The translations under genes were made by a program, and so were the position numbers. From Balanoglossus misakiensis (lineage: Eukaryota; Animalia; Hemichordata): a stretch of 64,000 nucleotides of DNA. The notes beneath the pieces were generated by a model that saw only the letters and a list, made by a program, of their open reading frames with translations, did no database searches and was not told where the DNA came from. The stretch covers positions 7,918,317 through 7,982,316 of the forward strand of contig CM082595.2 in NCBI GenBank assembly GCA_040954595.2. The letters run 5' to 3'. This document shows, one piece after another, positions 25,533 to 41,000 of the stretch (position 1 is the first letter of the stretch; every line of letters starts with the position of its first letter).

Positions 25533-27568
25533 TAAAGCTGCAAGCAGCGTTGAAGGGGCTCAAGCATACAGTGAATAACTATTAGACTCCATTCAGGGTT
25601 GTACCATTCAAATGCGTAGGTTGTATGTATTTGCTCTCGATGTTGAGATATGGGGAAGTAGGCAACCACCCGAAATGCATGTCCTACAAGCAAAAACACT
25701 ACAACCAAAGGTGAACTTCTACGTTGTAAGTACTTCAGTAAGTACTTCAAAGGTCAGCTGAGGGTACCCGAAATTGGGCCAAAATTAGGATTCTTATTTG
25801 GTTCATATTCAAGACTACGGAAAATCCTCGCCCTTTGGGTTTGTCAAATTAGGTATGGCCATAATAATGAGTTACGCAAGTAAGTTACAGGTGGCCCCAG
25901 GAATTTAGCATTTCATGACGCAGAGGGACCTACCCTACCCCTCCAAACACGTGGTTATATATGATGTGCATGCTAACATATGGAAACCAGGTCAATGGAC
26001 ACCTGACGTCATTCAAAAATTTGACAAAAAAATTTCATTCCTGTTTATGTTCTGCAACAAATCCTACATTTGCAGCCCTTTCACTTTGCCTACCATTAGG
26101 TATGCACGTAATACATGAATCAAGCAGGTGTCACAGGTATCCCCCTGTATTTGGCATTTCATGATAGTTTCGTCCCTCCAAATACCAAAGCTGCACCTGT
26201 ACAACGTGCTGAGATATGGCACTGTACGACAGAGGTCATCCAAATCACCTTGTACGTTTGGGCAAAAACCAACTGACACTTACATTCGTCCCTGTGGAAC
26301 AAAAACCACACATATCGCCCTGTTGGTTACTGTAAAATTAAATGTGCAAAATCAATAATGACTTAGGCAGGTGCAACAGGTGACCCCGCCTTTGGTATAT
26401 CATTATAGTCCCATCCGTATATCCCCCACGCCAAAGCTGCATGCATCTGCTGTTATTCACAAAGCAAAAGTAGGTGAAATGTCACATAAGGTCGCCCACA
26501 ACTTGACAGGAAAATCGGACTTCATATTGATCCATGTGCAACAAATACCACGCTAGCATCCCTTTCATTGACCCCACAATTACGCATGCACATAATTGAG
26601 TTACGCAGGTGTCACAGGTGACCCCCCGAATCGGGCGTATTTGTTGGTCCCATACAGCTGCATGAAGGTGCGTGCCATTATGGGGGACCTGATAACCCCC
26701 ACGGCCACCTGCGGGCCGACCCCCATACTGAACGTCCAGTTGCAACGTCACGACTGAAGTAGGAACTTTTGAACGGCAACAAAGCCTGATCTCTGATTAT
26801 TGCTGGTACCATACTCCCTTCGTGCAAGAAAATCACTGGTCTGCTTAAGTATATCGGCCAATTTCCCGAACTACTATCCAGTACATGTGACTCCCACAAC
26901 ATTAGCGACTGAGGGTCAAAGTCCGCTGCCGCATTACATTGAATGTTAACCAGTGTAGCCGGGTCTGCGTAGACACATTTGAACGGCAACAGCTAACAAA
27001 CTCAGCGTAATTCAATAAAACCCCTTAACACAGCCTGAACTCCGATAATGTGTTGTCCCAAAATTCATTCCATGGAAAATAATCACTGGTCTGTTAACGT
27101 ATTTCAGTCGATTTTCCAAGGACTACTGCAACCCGCCAGAAGTGAGTACATGTACCCTGCTAATGAGATCTCCACAACATTACGTAATGACGGTCAAAGT
27201 CCGATGCCCTAGTGTTCGTCCTCAGCCCACCAAAAATGCGAAAAATATTACAAAAACCTTCTTCTCAAAATCGACGTGGCCTAGGACCTTGAAATTTGTC
27301 ACAGGGGATTTTGGTCATATGGTATACAAAGTTTGAGAAAAGAATTCAAATGCCGCCATTAACGTGCAAATTAGGTCAATTTAAAAATTTTGCTCGATTA
27401 TAGCCACTAAGTCACGTGACTAATTACAAATTCAAAGGGCAGGTGCACAAGTACTCATGGGCCCCAACCACCGTGCCAAGTGTCACAGGGGTACGTCCAG
27501 GGATGTTTGAGAAAAACGGGAGCAAAAAAACGACTCAAGAAGAAAGAAGAAAAACTCCAGCAATAACA
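25533..27568 (-). mobile_element. Helentron-type non-autonomous element, same subfamily as 4988-6990, inserted in the left TIR arm
   Basis: Colinear with 4988-6990, with matching ORF-track peptides. It continues directly into AAACTCCAGCAATAAC (cf. 9747-9762) and is absent from the right copy. Confidence 0.9.
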
Positions 27569-27617
27569 CTTTAACCCAATATGTAATAACACTGCCCTAA
27601 TGTGATTGAATATGTAT

Positions 27618-27847
27618 TATATTATACCAGTATATTGATGGTGTAAATCACGCCATTTGATTGGTCGAGACACGACACGTGCCCGTGATATATTAGCCAT
27701 ATACCACAGTCATCATAGTCAAAGATATGCCTTTTTAAAATGTTTTATGCAAAGTTTCAAAATACTGGCATAATATGCGTGCGTATATGTCGTTAACTGG
27801 TCAAAATCTCGTGGTATACCATGGCTGGGGGTGTTTTATTGCTTAAA
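27618..27847. mobile_element. ~230-bp insertion present only in the left TIR element copy
   Basis: The right copy (48301-48340, reverse complement) reads GAATATGTAATATTAACCCAATA uninterrupted. Confidence 0.7.
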
Positions 27848-29023
27848 TATTAACCCAATAGAGTTAAAGTAAAACTCAAGTCTTTATAAAAGTAGTGAAA
27901 TCAAGTTGTGTACGCATGCGTGACATCAACATATTGTCTCAGATGGAAGCTTCCAGACATATACAGAGAATACCCAGGACACATAATTGACATGGAAAAT
28001 TTCCAAATTTTAGACAGAGAATCTGAGTTATTAATGAAGCCATATACACCAGGACACTTCAATCCTCACTTGTAGAGATGGGGGCAGGGGGGGGTTACAC
28101 TTTACCATCCGTGCACACTTCTTGCCCGTCAAAAGTGAAACAGATACTGATATTGAACGCCTTACGCGTCAAGTATACCTTTCTTAATTTTGAAGTCCAA
28201 AAGCGGGGGGGGGGGGGTCATCTTTTTTTTAAAAAACGTTTAGGGGGTTCACGTACTTTTGCCACAAAACTTGTGCTTTTGAGTCCACAAAATTGCAGTT
28301 TCGCACCCTTTATTTTACAAAATTTTCTAATCCCCAGCGTACCCCCGGGGCCTCCCCACCTCAGGTGATATGGGACAAATGTGGCGAATTAGCCCGGTGG
28401 TTGCAGTCCCCTAGTGGGTGGATTCGTATACTAACAGCCGATAGTAATAGTTTTGCGAAATATAGCATAAAGCTAGAGGTTCAAACAACAAAATTTACCT
28501 TGATTTCATGTGGATGTAAAGGTTAGGTTAATCTATCACTATGTTAACTTTACCAGGACTATCAAATGCTACCGGAACTTGCAAGTAATTCGTTGGGTTA
28601 AGCGGGAAGTATGTTAAACAAAAGGGTTTTCCCCTCTATCACCACCTCTATTGAAAATAGATGAAATAATATTATGGTCTTTTCCCAGAAAGACAAATGT
28701 ACCCCCCCCCCCGTAAAAACAAATACAAGCCACCTTTACCATATTGGGTTAAGTGTTATTACATATTGGGTTAATGAAAAACATTGAGTTTAGTTTTAAA
28801 ACATGTTTCGTAAGGATTTTAATATTCATATTCTGATATAATTTCATATTGATTTGGTGTATTTCATTTAGCTTAGCATTAAAATACATTAGGGCAGTTT
28901 TATTACATATTGGGTTAAGGTGTTATTACATATTGGGTTAGTATTACATATTGGGTTAAGGTGTTATTACACATTGGGTTAGTATTAAATATTGGGTTAA
29001 TTATTCCATATTGGGGTGATACA

Positions 29024-32000
29024 GTTAGCAACGTTGATCAAGTCAGATTTCCTACAGCATGGCTTGGCTAAAGCCCTGGCACTCTAGACCAGAAACACGC
29101 GTACAGAGACCACGTTGATCAAGTCTGATCTCCTATGGCTTGGCTCGACTAAAACCCCGGCACACTATGACAGACACTAGCGTTCGTTAGCAACGCTGAT
29201 CAAATCAGATTTCCTACGGCATGGCTTGGCTAAAACCCTGGCACTCTAGAGCAGAAACACGCGTACAGAGACCACGTTGATCTACTCACATTTCCTTCGG
29301 CCTGGCACGGTTGATGCCCCAGCACTATACATGTATATAGGACACAGACTGGCGTAAGTTAACAACGGTAATCACGTCGGGTTTCCTACGGCCTGGCTCA
29401 GCTGAAGCCCCGGCACTCTAGAGCAGAAACAGGCGTACATTGACCACGTTGATCAAGTCAGATTTCCTACGGCGTGACTCGGCTGGTGCACCGGCTCTAT
29501 ATGACACAGACTGGCGTAAGTGTTCAACGGTGATTACGTCGGATTTCCTACGGCCTGGTTTAGCTGAAGCCCCGGCACTTTAGAGCGGAAACACGCGTAC
29601 ATTGACCACGATGATCAAGTCAGATCTCCTACGGCCTGGCTCGACTAAAACCCCGGCACACCATGACAGACACTAGCGTTCGTTAGCAACGGTGATCAAG
29701 TCGGATTTCCTTCGGCCTGGCTCTGCAAAAGACCCGACACTCTAGTACAAAGACGTTGGCTAAGTCGGGCAAACCGAAGAGGGAAAGTCACAGCGGGTTG
29801 TTCGGGTAGGACTGCATTATTGCCTGTCAATTTATAGAGAAAGCCCGAATTTAACCAGGGCGTTTCAAACACCGACGTTAGTTGGGGGCACGGCCTGCAG
29901 TACTGCCGGGTAAGCTGACATCGGCGTACCGCATATAATGTAGGGGGGGGGGGGGGAACAGAACGGTTCAATACTACATTTATTAGATATCAGCTAATTT
30001 TGGACAATCATCTAAAATCTAAATCATTTTTTCATATTTGGATATCTGATGATGTATGAAATGTCCATAATATGTAAAAATGGTGCTGATTCTAAAAATG
30101 CACTCTGAATGAGCTGATTTAATACAAAATTGCGTTTTATTCGTTTTTGCACCAAAAAGGTCATTTTTAGGCAAAACATTCTTTATTTTTTTAATTCGGT
30201 GACCTGATCATATATAAACAATTGCTTGTATGTTAAAAGTTTTTATGACTTTTAAAAGCAGTGACACTGGCGGCATTCAACACGAAAATAACAATTTTAG
30301 CCACAATTTGGTCAAAATGGTAAATTTTTGAAAATTACAAAAAATACCTGTTTTCTACATTTTCAGAAATCTGATGGAGTATAGAATGCTCTTCGTATGT
30401 ATATATCGATACAAATTCCACAAAAGACAGTCTAATTTGGCTCACTGCAGACAAAATTGCGTTTTACCAAATTTTCCTTGAAAATGTCATTTTTAGAAAA
30501 AATAAATAAAAAAACCTTTGTTCTTCGAATTTGGTGCCCTGATCATATATGACATGTTGATTGTATGTTAAAAGTTTCGACCACACCAAAAATGCAGAGA
30601 TATTGACGGAATTCAAGGAAAATTAGTCATTTTGGCCATATTTTGACAAAAATGGTAAATTTTTAAAAAATCATAAAAAATTAACTCTTTTCTTCATTTT
30701 CGGAAATATTATGGAGCATGAAGTGTCGTTCTCTTGTAAAAAGTGCTGCAAATTCCAGAAAAGGCGGTATAATTTGAATCACCCAAGACAAAATTACCAT
30801 TTTCGACTTTTTTTCGAAAAATTGTCTTTTTTACAAAATAAATAAGAATAAATTCTTTTCTTAGTTTAAAACGGGTAGAGATACTTTCCACACGGGTTTT
30901 CTAACATTGAATTCCCGTTCATCAACTCAGATTTCCTACAGCATAAGTCGGCTAAAACCCTGACACTCTAGAGCAGAAACAGTTGCACAATGGGTAACGT
31001 TGAACAAGTTGATTTTTCTACGGCCTGGCTCGGCTAAATCTCCGTCACAATATGACAGACACTAGCGTACGTTAGCAACGGTGATCAAGTCAGATTTTCG
31101 ACGGCATGGCTTGGATAAAGCCCCGGCACTCTAGAGCAGAAACACGCGTACAGAGACCACGTTGATCAAGTCTGATCTCCTTCGGCTTGGCTCGACTAAA
31201 ACCCCGGCACACTATGACAGACACAAGCGTTCGTTAGCAACGTTGATCAAGTCAGATTTCCTACGGCATGGCTTGGCTAAAGCCCTGGCACTCTAGACCA
31301 GAAACACGCGTACAGAGACCACGTTGATCTACTCACATTTCCTTCGGCCTGGCACGGCTGATGCCCCGGCACTATATATAGGACACAGACTGGCGTAAGT
31401 TAACAACGGTAATCACGTCGGATTTCCTACGGCCTGGCTCAGCTGAAGCCCCGGCACTGTAGAGCAGAAACAGGCGTACATTGACCACGTTGATCAAGTC
31501 AGATTTCCTACGGCGTGACTCGGCTGGTGCACCGGCTCTATATGACACAGACTGGCGTAAGTTATCAACGGTGATTACGTCGGATTTCCTACGGCCTGGT
31601 TTAGCTGAAGCCCCGGCACTTTAGAGCGGAAACACGCGTACATTGACCACGATGATCAAGTCAGATCTCCTACGGCCTGGCTCGACTAAAACCCCGGCAC
31701 ACCATGACAGACACTAGCGTTCGTTAGCAACGGTGATCAAGTCGGATTTCCTTCGGCCTGGCTCTGCAAAAGACCCGACACTCTAGTACAAAGACGTTGG
31801 CTAAGTCGGGCAAACCGAAGAGGGAAAGTCACAGCGGGTCAACACTCGACATTTGTTCGGGTACGACTGCATTATTGCCTGTCAATTTATAGAGAAAGCC
31901 CGAATTTAACCAGGGCGTTTCAAACACCGACGTTAGTTGGGGGCACGGCCTGCAGTACTGCCGGGTAAGCTGACATCGGCGTACCGCATATAATGTAGGG

Positions 32001-35000
32001 GGGGGGGGGGGGAACAGAACGGTTCAATACTACATTTATTATATATCAGCTAATTTTGGACAATCATCTAAAATCTAAATCATTTTTTCATATTTGGATA
32101 TCTGATGATGTATGAAATGTCCATAATATGTAAAAATGGTGCTGATTCTAAAAATGCACTCTGAATGAGCTGATTTAATACAAAATTGCGTTTTATTCAC
32201 TTTTGCACTAAAAGGGCCATTTTTAGGCAAAACATTCTTTATTTTTTTTAATTCGGTGACCTGATCATATATAAACAATTGCTTGTATGTTAAAAGTTTT
32301 TATGACTCTTAAAAGCAGTGACACTGGCGGCATTCAAGACGAAAATAACCATTTTAGCCACATTTTGGTCAAAAATGGTAAATTTTTGAAAATTACGAAA
32401 AATAACTGTTTTCTACATTTTCTGTAATCTAATGGAGTATAGAATGCCCTTCGTATGTATATATCGATACAATTTCCACAAAAGACAGTCTAATTTGGCT
32501 CACTGCAGACAAAATTGCATGTTATCAAATTTTGCTTGAAAATGTCATTTTTAGAAAAACAATTAAAAAAAGCATTATTTGTTCTTCGAATTCGGTGCCC
32601 TGATTATATATGACATGTTGATTGTATGTTAAAAGTTTCGACCACTCCAAAAATGCAGAGATATTGACGGAATTCAAGAAAAAATAGTCATTTTGGCCAT
32701 ATTTTGACAAAAATGGTAAATTTTTAAAAAATCATAAAAATTAACCCTTTTCTTCATTTTCGGAAATATTATGGAGCATGAAGTGTCGTTCTCTTGTAAA
32801 AAGTGCTGCAAATTCCAGAAAAGGCGGTATAATTTGAATCACCCAAGACAAAATTACCATTTTCGACTTTTTTTCGAAAAATTGTCTTTTTACAAAATAA
32901 ATAAGAATAAATTCTTTTCTTAGTTTCAAACGGGTAGAGATACTTTCCACACGGGTTTTCTAACATTGAATTCCCGTTCATCAACTCAGATTTCCAACAG
33001 CATAAGTCGGCTAAAACCCTGACACTCTAGAGCAGAAACAGTTGCACAATGGGTAACGTTGAACAAGTTGATTTTTCTACGGCCTGGCTCGGCTAAATCT
33101 CCGTCACAATATGACAGACACTAGCATACGTTAGCAACGCTGATCAAGTCAGATTTTGTACGGCATGGCTTGGATAAAGCCCAGGCACTCTAGAGCAGAA
33201 ACACGCGTACAGAGACCACGTTGATCAAGTCTAATCTCCTACGGCTTGGCTCGACTAAAACCCCGGCACACTATGACAGACACTAGCGTTCGTTAACAAC
33301 GTTGATCAAGTCAGATTTCCTACGGCATGGCTTGGCTAAAGCCCTGGCACTCTAGACCAGAAACACGCGTACAGAGACCACGTTGATCTACTCACATTTC
33401 CTTCGGCCTGGCACGGCTGATGCCCCGGCACTATATATAGGACACAGACTGGCGTAAGTTAACAACGGTAATCACGTCGGGTTTCCTACGGCCTGGCTCA
33501 GCTGAAGCCCCGGCACTCTAGAGCAGAAACAGGCGTACATTGACCACGTTGATCAAGTCAGATTTCCTACGGCGTGACTCGGCTGGTGCACCGGCTCTAT
33601 ATGACACAGACTGGCGTAAGTTATCAACGGTGATTACGTCGGATTTCCTACGGCCTGGTTTAGCTGAAGCCCCGGAACTTTAGAGCGGAAACACGCGTAC
33701 ATTGACCACGATGATCAAGTCAGATCTCCTACGGCCTGGCTCGACTAAAACCCCGGCACACCATGACAGACACTAGCGTTCGTTAGCAACGGTAATCAAG
33801 TCGGATTTCCTTCGGCCTGGCTCTGCAAAAGACCCGACACTCTAGTACAAAGACGTTGGCTAAGTCGGGCAAACTGAAGAGGGAAAGTCACAGCGGGTCA
33901 ACACTCGACATTTGTTCGGGTAGGACTGCATTATTGCCTGTCAATTTATAGAGAAAGCCCGAATTTAACCAGGGCGTTTCAAACACCGACGTTAGTTGGG
34001 GGCACGGCCTGCAGTACTGCCGGGTAAGCTGACATCGGCGTACCGCATATAATGTAGGGGGGGGGGGGGGAACAGAACGGTTCAATACTACATTTATTAG
34101 ATATCAGCTAATTTTGGACAATCATCTAAAATCTAAATCATTTTTTCATATTTGGATATCTGATGATGTATGAAATGTCCATAATATGTAAAAATGGTGC
34201 TGATTCTAAAAATGCACTCTGAATGAGCTGATTTAATACAAAATTGCGTTTTATTAGTTTTTGCACCAAAAAGGTCATTTTTAGGCAAAACATTCTTTAT
34301 TTTTTTAATTCGGTGACCTGATCATATATAAACAATTGCTTGTATGTTAAAAGTTTTTATGACTTTTAAAAGCAGTGACACTGGCGGCATTCAACACGAA
34401 AATAACAATTTTAGCCACAATTTGGTCAAAATGGTAAATTTTTGAAAATTACAAAAAATACCTGTTTTCTACATTTTCAGAAATCTGATGGAGTATAGAA
34501 TGCTCTTCGTATGTATATATCGATACAAATTCCACAAAAGACAGTCTAATTTGGCTCACTGCAGACAAAATTGCATGTTATCAAATTTTGCTTGAAAATG
34601 TCATTTTTAGAAAAACAATTAAAAAAAGCATTATTTGTTCTTCGAATTCGGTGCCCTGATTATATATGACATGTTGATTGTATGTTAAAAGTTTCGACCA
34701 CTCCAAAAATGCAGAGATATTGACGGAATTCAAGAAAAAATAGTCATTTTGGCCATATTTTGACAAAAATGGTAAATTTTTAAAAAATCATAAAAATTAA
34801 CCCTTTTCTTCATTTTCGGAAATATTATGGAGCATGAAGTGTCGTTCTCTTGTAAAAAGTGCTGCAAATTCCAGAAAAGGCGGTATAATTTGAATCACCC
34901 AAGACAAAATTACCATTTTCGACTTTTTTTCGAAAAATTGTCTTTTTACAAAATAAATAAGAATAAATTCTTTTCTTAGTTTCAAACGGGTAGAGATACT

Positions 35001-38000
35001 TTCCACACGGGTTTTCTAACATTGAATTCCCGTTCATCAACTCAGATTTCCAACAGCATAAGTCGGCTAAAACCCTGACACTCTAGAGCAGAAACAGTTG
35101 CACAATGGGTAACGTTGAACAAGTTGATTTTTCTACGGCCTGGCTCGGCTAAATCTCCGTCACAATATGACAGACACTAGCATACGTTAGCAACGCTGAT
35201 CAAGTCAGATTTTGTACGGCATGGCTTGGATAAAGCCCAGGCACTCTAGAGCAGAAACACGCGTACAGAGACCACGTTGATCAAGTCTAATCTCCTACGG
35301 CTTGGCTCGACTAAAACCCCGGCACACTATGACAGACACTAGCGTTCGTTAACAACGTTGATCAAGTCAGATTTCCTACGGCATGGCTTGGCTAAAGCCC
35401 TGGCACTCTAGACCAGAAACACGCGTACAGAGACCACGTTGATCTACTCACATTTCCTTCGGCCTGGCACGGCTGATGCCCCGGCACTATATATAGGACA
35501 CAGACTGGCGTAAGTTAACAACGGTAATCACGTCGGATTTCCTACGGCCTGGCTCAGCTGAAGCCCCGGCACTGTAGAGCAGAAACAGGCGTACATTGAC
35601 CACGTTGATCAAGTCAGATTTCCTACGGCGTGACTCGGCTGGTGCACCGGCTCTATATGACACAGACTGGCGTAAGTTATCAACGGTGATTACGTCGGAT
35701 TTCCTACGGCCTGGTTTAGCTGAAGCCCCGGCACTTTAGAGCGGAAACACGCGTACATTGACCACGATGATCAAGTCAGATCTCCTACGGCCTGGCTCGA
35801 CTAAAACCCCGGCACACCATGACAGACACTAGCGTTCGTTAGCAACGGTGATCAAGTCGGATTTCCTTCGGCCTGGCTCTGCAAAAGACCCGACACTCTA
35901 GTACAAAGACGTTGGCTAAGTCGGGCAAACCGAAGAGGGAAAGTCACAGCGGGTCAACACTCGACATTTGTTCGGGTACGACTGCATTATTGCCTGTCAA
36001 TTTATAGAGAAAGCCCGAATTTAACCAGGGCGTTTCAAACACCGACGTTAGTTGGGGGCACGGCCTGCAGTACTGCCGGGTAAGCTGACATCGGCGTACC
36101 GCATATAATGTAGGGGGGGGGGAACAGAACGGTTCAATACTACATTTATTATATATCAGCTAATTTTGGACAATCATCTAAAATCTAAATCATTTTTTCA
36201 TATTTGGATATCTGATGATGTATGAAATGTCCATAATATGTAAAAATGGTGCTGATTCTAAAAATGCACTCTGAATGAGCTGATTTAATACAAAATTGCG
36301 TTTTATTCACTTTTGCACTAAAAGGGTCATTTTTAGGCAAAACATTCTTTATTTTTTTTAATTCGGTGACCTGATCATATATAAACAATTGCTTGTATGT
36401 TAAAAGTTTTTATGACTCTTAAAAGCAGTGACACTGGCGGCATTCAAGACGAAAATAACCATTTTAGCCACATTTTGGTCAAAAATGGTAAATTTTTGAA
36501 AATTACGAAAAATAACTGTTTTCTACATTTTCTGTAATCTAATGGAGTATAGAATGCCCTTCGTATGTATATATCGATACAATTTCCACAAAAGACAGTC
36601 TAATTTGGCTCACTGCAGACAAAATTGCATGTTATCAAATTTTGCTTGAAAATGTCATTTTTAGAAAAACAATTAAAAAAAGCATTATTTGTTCTTCGAA
36701 TTCGGTGCCCTGATTATATATGACATGTTGATTGTATGTTAAAAGTTTCGACCACTCCAAAAATGCAGAGATATTGACGGAATTCAAGAAAAAATAGTCA
36801 TTTTGGCCATATTTTGACAAAAATGGTAAATTTTTAAAAAATCATAAAAATTAACCCTTTTCTTCATTTTCGGAAATATTATGGAGCATGAAGTGTCGTT
36901 CTCTTGTAAAAAGTGCTGCAAATTCCAGAAAAGGCGGTATAATTTGAATCACCCAAGACAAAATTACCATTTTCGACTTTTTTTCGAAAAATTGTCTTTT
37001 TACAAAATAAATAAGAATAAATTCTTTTCTTAGTTTCAAACGGGTAGAGATACTTTCCACACGGGTTTTCTAACATTGAGTTCCCGTTCATCAACTCAGA
37101 TTTCCAACAGCATAAGTCGGCTAAAACCCTGACACTCTAGAGCAGAAACAGTTGCACAATGGGTAACGTTGAACAAGTTGATTTTTCTACGGCCTGGCTC
37201 GGCTAAATCTCCGTCACAATATGACAGACACTAGCATACGTTAGCAACGCTGATCAAGTCAGATTTTGTACGGCATGGCTTGGATAAAGCCCAGGCACTC
37301 TAGAGCAGAAACACGCGTACAGAGACCACGTTGATCAAGTCTAATCTCCTACGGCTTGGCTCGACTAAAACCCCGGCACACTATGACAGACACTAGCGTT
37401 CGTTAACAACGTTGATCAAGTCAGATTTCCTACGGCATGGCTTGGCTAAAGCCCTGGCACTCTAGACCAGAAACACGCGTACAGAGACCACGTTGATCTA
37501 CTCACATTTCCTTCGGCCTGGCACGGCTGATGCCCCGGCACTATATATAGGACACAGACTGGCGTAAGTTAACAACGGTAATCACGTCGGATTTCCTACG
37601 GCCTGGCTCAGCTGAAGCCCCGGCACTGTAGAGCAGAAACAGGCGTACATTGACCACGTTGATCAAGTCAGATTTCCTACGGCGTGACTCGGCTGGTGCA
37701 CCGGCTCTATATGACACAGACTGGCGTAAGTTATCAACGGCGATTACGTCGGATTTCCTACGGCCTGGTTTAGCTGAAGCCCCGGCACTTTAGAGCGGAA
37801 ACACGCGTACATTGACCACGATGATCAAGTCAGATCTCCTACGGCCTGGCTCGACTAAAACCCCGGCACACCATGACAGACACTAGCGTTCGTTAGCAAC
37901 GGTGATCAAGTCGGATTTCCTTCGGCCTGGCTCTGCAAAAGACCCGACACTCTAGTACAAAGACGTTGGCTAAGTCGGGCAAACCGAAGAGGGAAAGTCA

Positions 38001-41000
38001 CAGCGGGTCAACACTCGACATTTGTTCGGGTACGACTGCATTATTGCCTGTCAATTTATAGAGAAAGCCCAAATTTAACCAGGGCGTTTCAAACACCGAC
38101 GTTAGTTGGGGGCACGGCCTGCAGTACTGCCGGGTAAGCTGACATCGGCGTACCGCATATAATGTAGGGGGGGGGGGAACAGAACGGTTCAATACTACAT
38201 TTATTATATATCAGCTAATTTTGGACAATCATCTAAAATCTAAATCATTTTTTCATATTTGGATATCTGATGATGTATGAAATGTCCATAATATGTAAAA
38301 ATGGTGCTGATTCTAAAAATGCACTCTGAATGAGCTGATTTAATACAAAATTGCGTTTTATTCACTTTTGCACTAAAAGGGTCATTTTTAGGCAAAACAT
38401 TCTTTATTTTTTTTAATTCGGTGACCTGATCATATATAAACAATTGCTTGTATGTTAAAAGTTTTTATGACTCTTAAAAGCAGTGACACTGGCGGCATTC
38501 AAGACGAAAATAACCATTTTAGCCACATTTTGGTCAAAAATGGTAAATTTTTGAAAATTACGAAAAATAACTGTTTTCTACATTTTCTGTAATCTAATGG
38601 AGTATAGAATGCCCTTCGTATGTATATATCGATACAATTTCCACAAAAGACAGTCTAATTTGGCTCACTGCAGACAAAATTGCATGTTATCAAATTTTGC
38701 TTGAAAATGTCATTTTTAGAAAAACAATTAAAAAAAGCATTATTTGTTCTTCGAATTCGGTGCCCTGATTATATATGACATGTTGATTGTATGTTAAAAG
38801 TTTCGACCACTCCAAAAATGCAGAGATATTGACGGAATTCAAGAAAAAATAGTCATTTTGGCCATATTTTGACAAAAATGGTAAATTTTTAAAAAATCAT
38901 AAAAATTAACCCTTTTCTTCATTTTCGGAAATATTATGGAGCATGAAGTGTCGTTCTCTTGTAAAAAGTGCTGCAAATTCCAGAAAAGGCGGTATAATTT
39001 GAATCACCCAAGACAAAATTACCATTTTCGACTTTTTTTCGAAAAATTGTCTTTTTACAAAATAAATAAGAATAAATTCTTTTCTTAGTTTCAAACGGGT
39101 AGAGATACTTTCCACACGGGTTTTCTAACATTGAATTCCCGTTCATCAACTCAGATTTCCAACAGCATAAGTCGGCTAAAACCCTGACACTCTAGAGCAG
39201 AAACAGTTGCACAATGGGTAACGTTGAACAAGTTGATTTTTCTACGGCCTGGCTCGGCTAAATCTCCGTCACAATATGACAGACACTAGCATACGTTAGC
39301 AACGCTGATCAAGTCAGATTTTGTACGGCATGGCTTGGATAAAGCCCAGGCACTCTAGAGCAGAAACACGCGTACAGAGACCACGTTGATCAAGTCTAAT
39401 CTCCTACGGCTTGGCTCGACTAAAACCCCGGCACACTATGACAGACACTAGCGTTCGTTTGCAACGGTGATCAAGTCGGATTTCCTGCGGCCTGGCTCTG
39501 CAAAAGACCCGACACTCTAGTACAAAGACGTTGGCTAAGTCGGGCAAACCGAAGAGGGAAAGTCACAGCGGGTTGTTCGGGTGGGACTGCATTATTGCCT
39601 GTCAATTTATAGAGAAAGCCCGAATTTAACCAGGGCGTTTCAAACACTGATGTTAGTTGGGGGCACTGCCTGCAGTACTGCCGGGTAAGCTGACATCGGC
39701 GTACCGCATATAATGTAGGGGGGGGGGGACAGAACGGTTCAATACTACATTTATTAGATATCAGCTAATTTTGGACAATTATCTAAAATCTAAATCACTT
39801 TTTCATATTTGGATATCTGATGATGTATGAAATGTCCATAATATGTAAAAATGGTGCTGATTCTAAAAAATGCACTCTGAATGAGCTGATTTAATACAAA
39901 ATTGCGTTTTATTCATTTTTGCACTAAAAAGGTCATTTTTATGCAAAACATTCTTTAATTTTTGAAATCGGTGACCTGATCATATATAAACAATTGTTTG
40001 TATGTTAAAAGTTTTTATGACTCTTAAAAGCAGTGACACTGGCGGCATTCAAGACGAAAATAACCATTTTAGCCACATTTTGGTCAAAAATGGTAAATTT
40101 TTGAAAATTACGAAAAATAACTGTTTTCTACATTTTCGGTACTCTGATGGAGTATAGAATGCCCTTCGTATGTATATATCGATACAAATTCCACAAAAGA
40201 CAGTCTAATTTGGCTCACTGCATACAAAATTGCATGTTATCAAATTTTGCTTGAAAATGTCATTTTTAGAAAAACAATTAAAAAAAGCTTTAATTGTTCT
40301 TGGAATTCGGTGCCCTGATTATATATGACATGTTGATTGTATGTTAAAAGTTTCGACCACTCCAAAAATGCAGAGATATTGACGGAATTCAAGGAAAATT
40401 AGTCATTTTAGCCATATTTTGACAAAAATGGTAAATTTTTAAAAAATCATAAAAAATTAACTCTTTTCTTCATTTTCGGAAATATTATGGAGCATAAAGT
40501 GTCGTTCTCTTGTAAAAAGTGCTGCAAATTCCAGAAAAGGCGGTATAATTTGAATCACCCAAGACAAAATTACCATTTTCGACTTTTTTTCGAAAAATTG
40601 TCTTTTTTACAAAATAAATAAGAATAAATTCTTTTCTTAGTTTCAAACGGGTAGAGATACTTTCCACACGGGTTTTCTAACATTGAATTCCCGTTCATCA
40701 ACTCAGATTTCCTACAGCATAAGTCGGCTAAAACCCTGACACTCTAGAGCAGAAACAGTTGCACACTGGTTACGTTGAACAAGTCGATTTTTCTACGGCC
40801 TGGCTCGGCTAAATCTCCGTCACAATGACAGACACTAGCGTACGTTAGCAACGGTGATCAAGTCAGATTTTCTACAGCATGGCTTGGATAAAGCCCCGGC
40901 ACTCTAGAGCAGAAACACGCGTACAGAGACCACGTTGATCAAGTCTGATCTCCTACGGCTTGGCTCGACTAAAACCCCGGCACACTATGACAGACACAAG

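Larger units (their letters stand above)
25131..29023 (+). mobile_element. Foldback-like non-autonomous TIR DNA transposon, left copy (contains two secondary insertions)
   Basis: Starts TGTATCACCCCAATATG and ends CATATTGGGGTGATACA. Arms consist of tandem AACCCAATATGTAATA subrepeats. The core 27848-28740 is the reverse complement of ~47450-48312. Confidence 0.9.

Noticed and set aside
28078-28526. Transposase within the TIR element
   Set aside because: Short ORFs with no DDE motifs, and the frames differ between the two copies.
29780-29990. 5S rRNA, snRNA or tRNA gene in the unique part of the satellite unit
   Set aside because: No recognisable conserved sequence, A/B boxes or Sm site on either strand by eye. 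Not excluded without an Rfam search.
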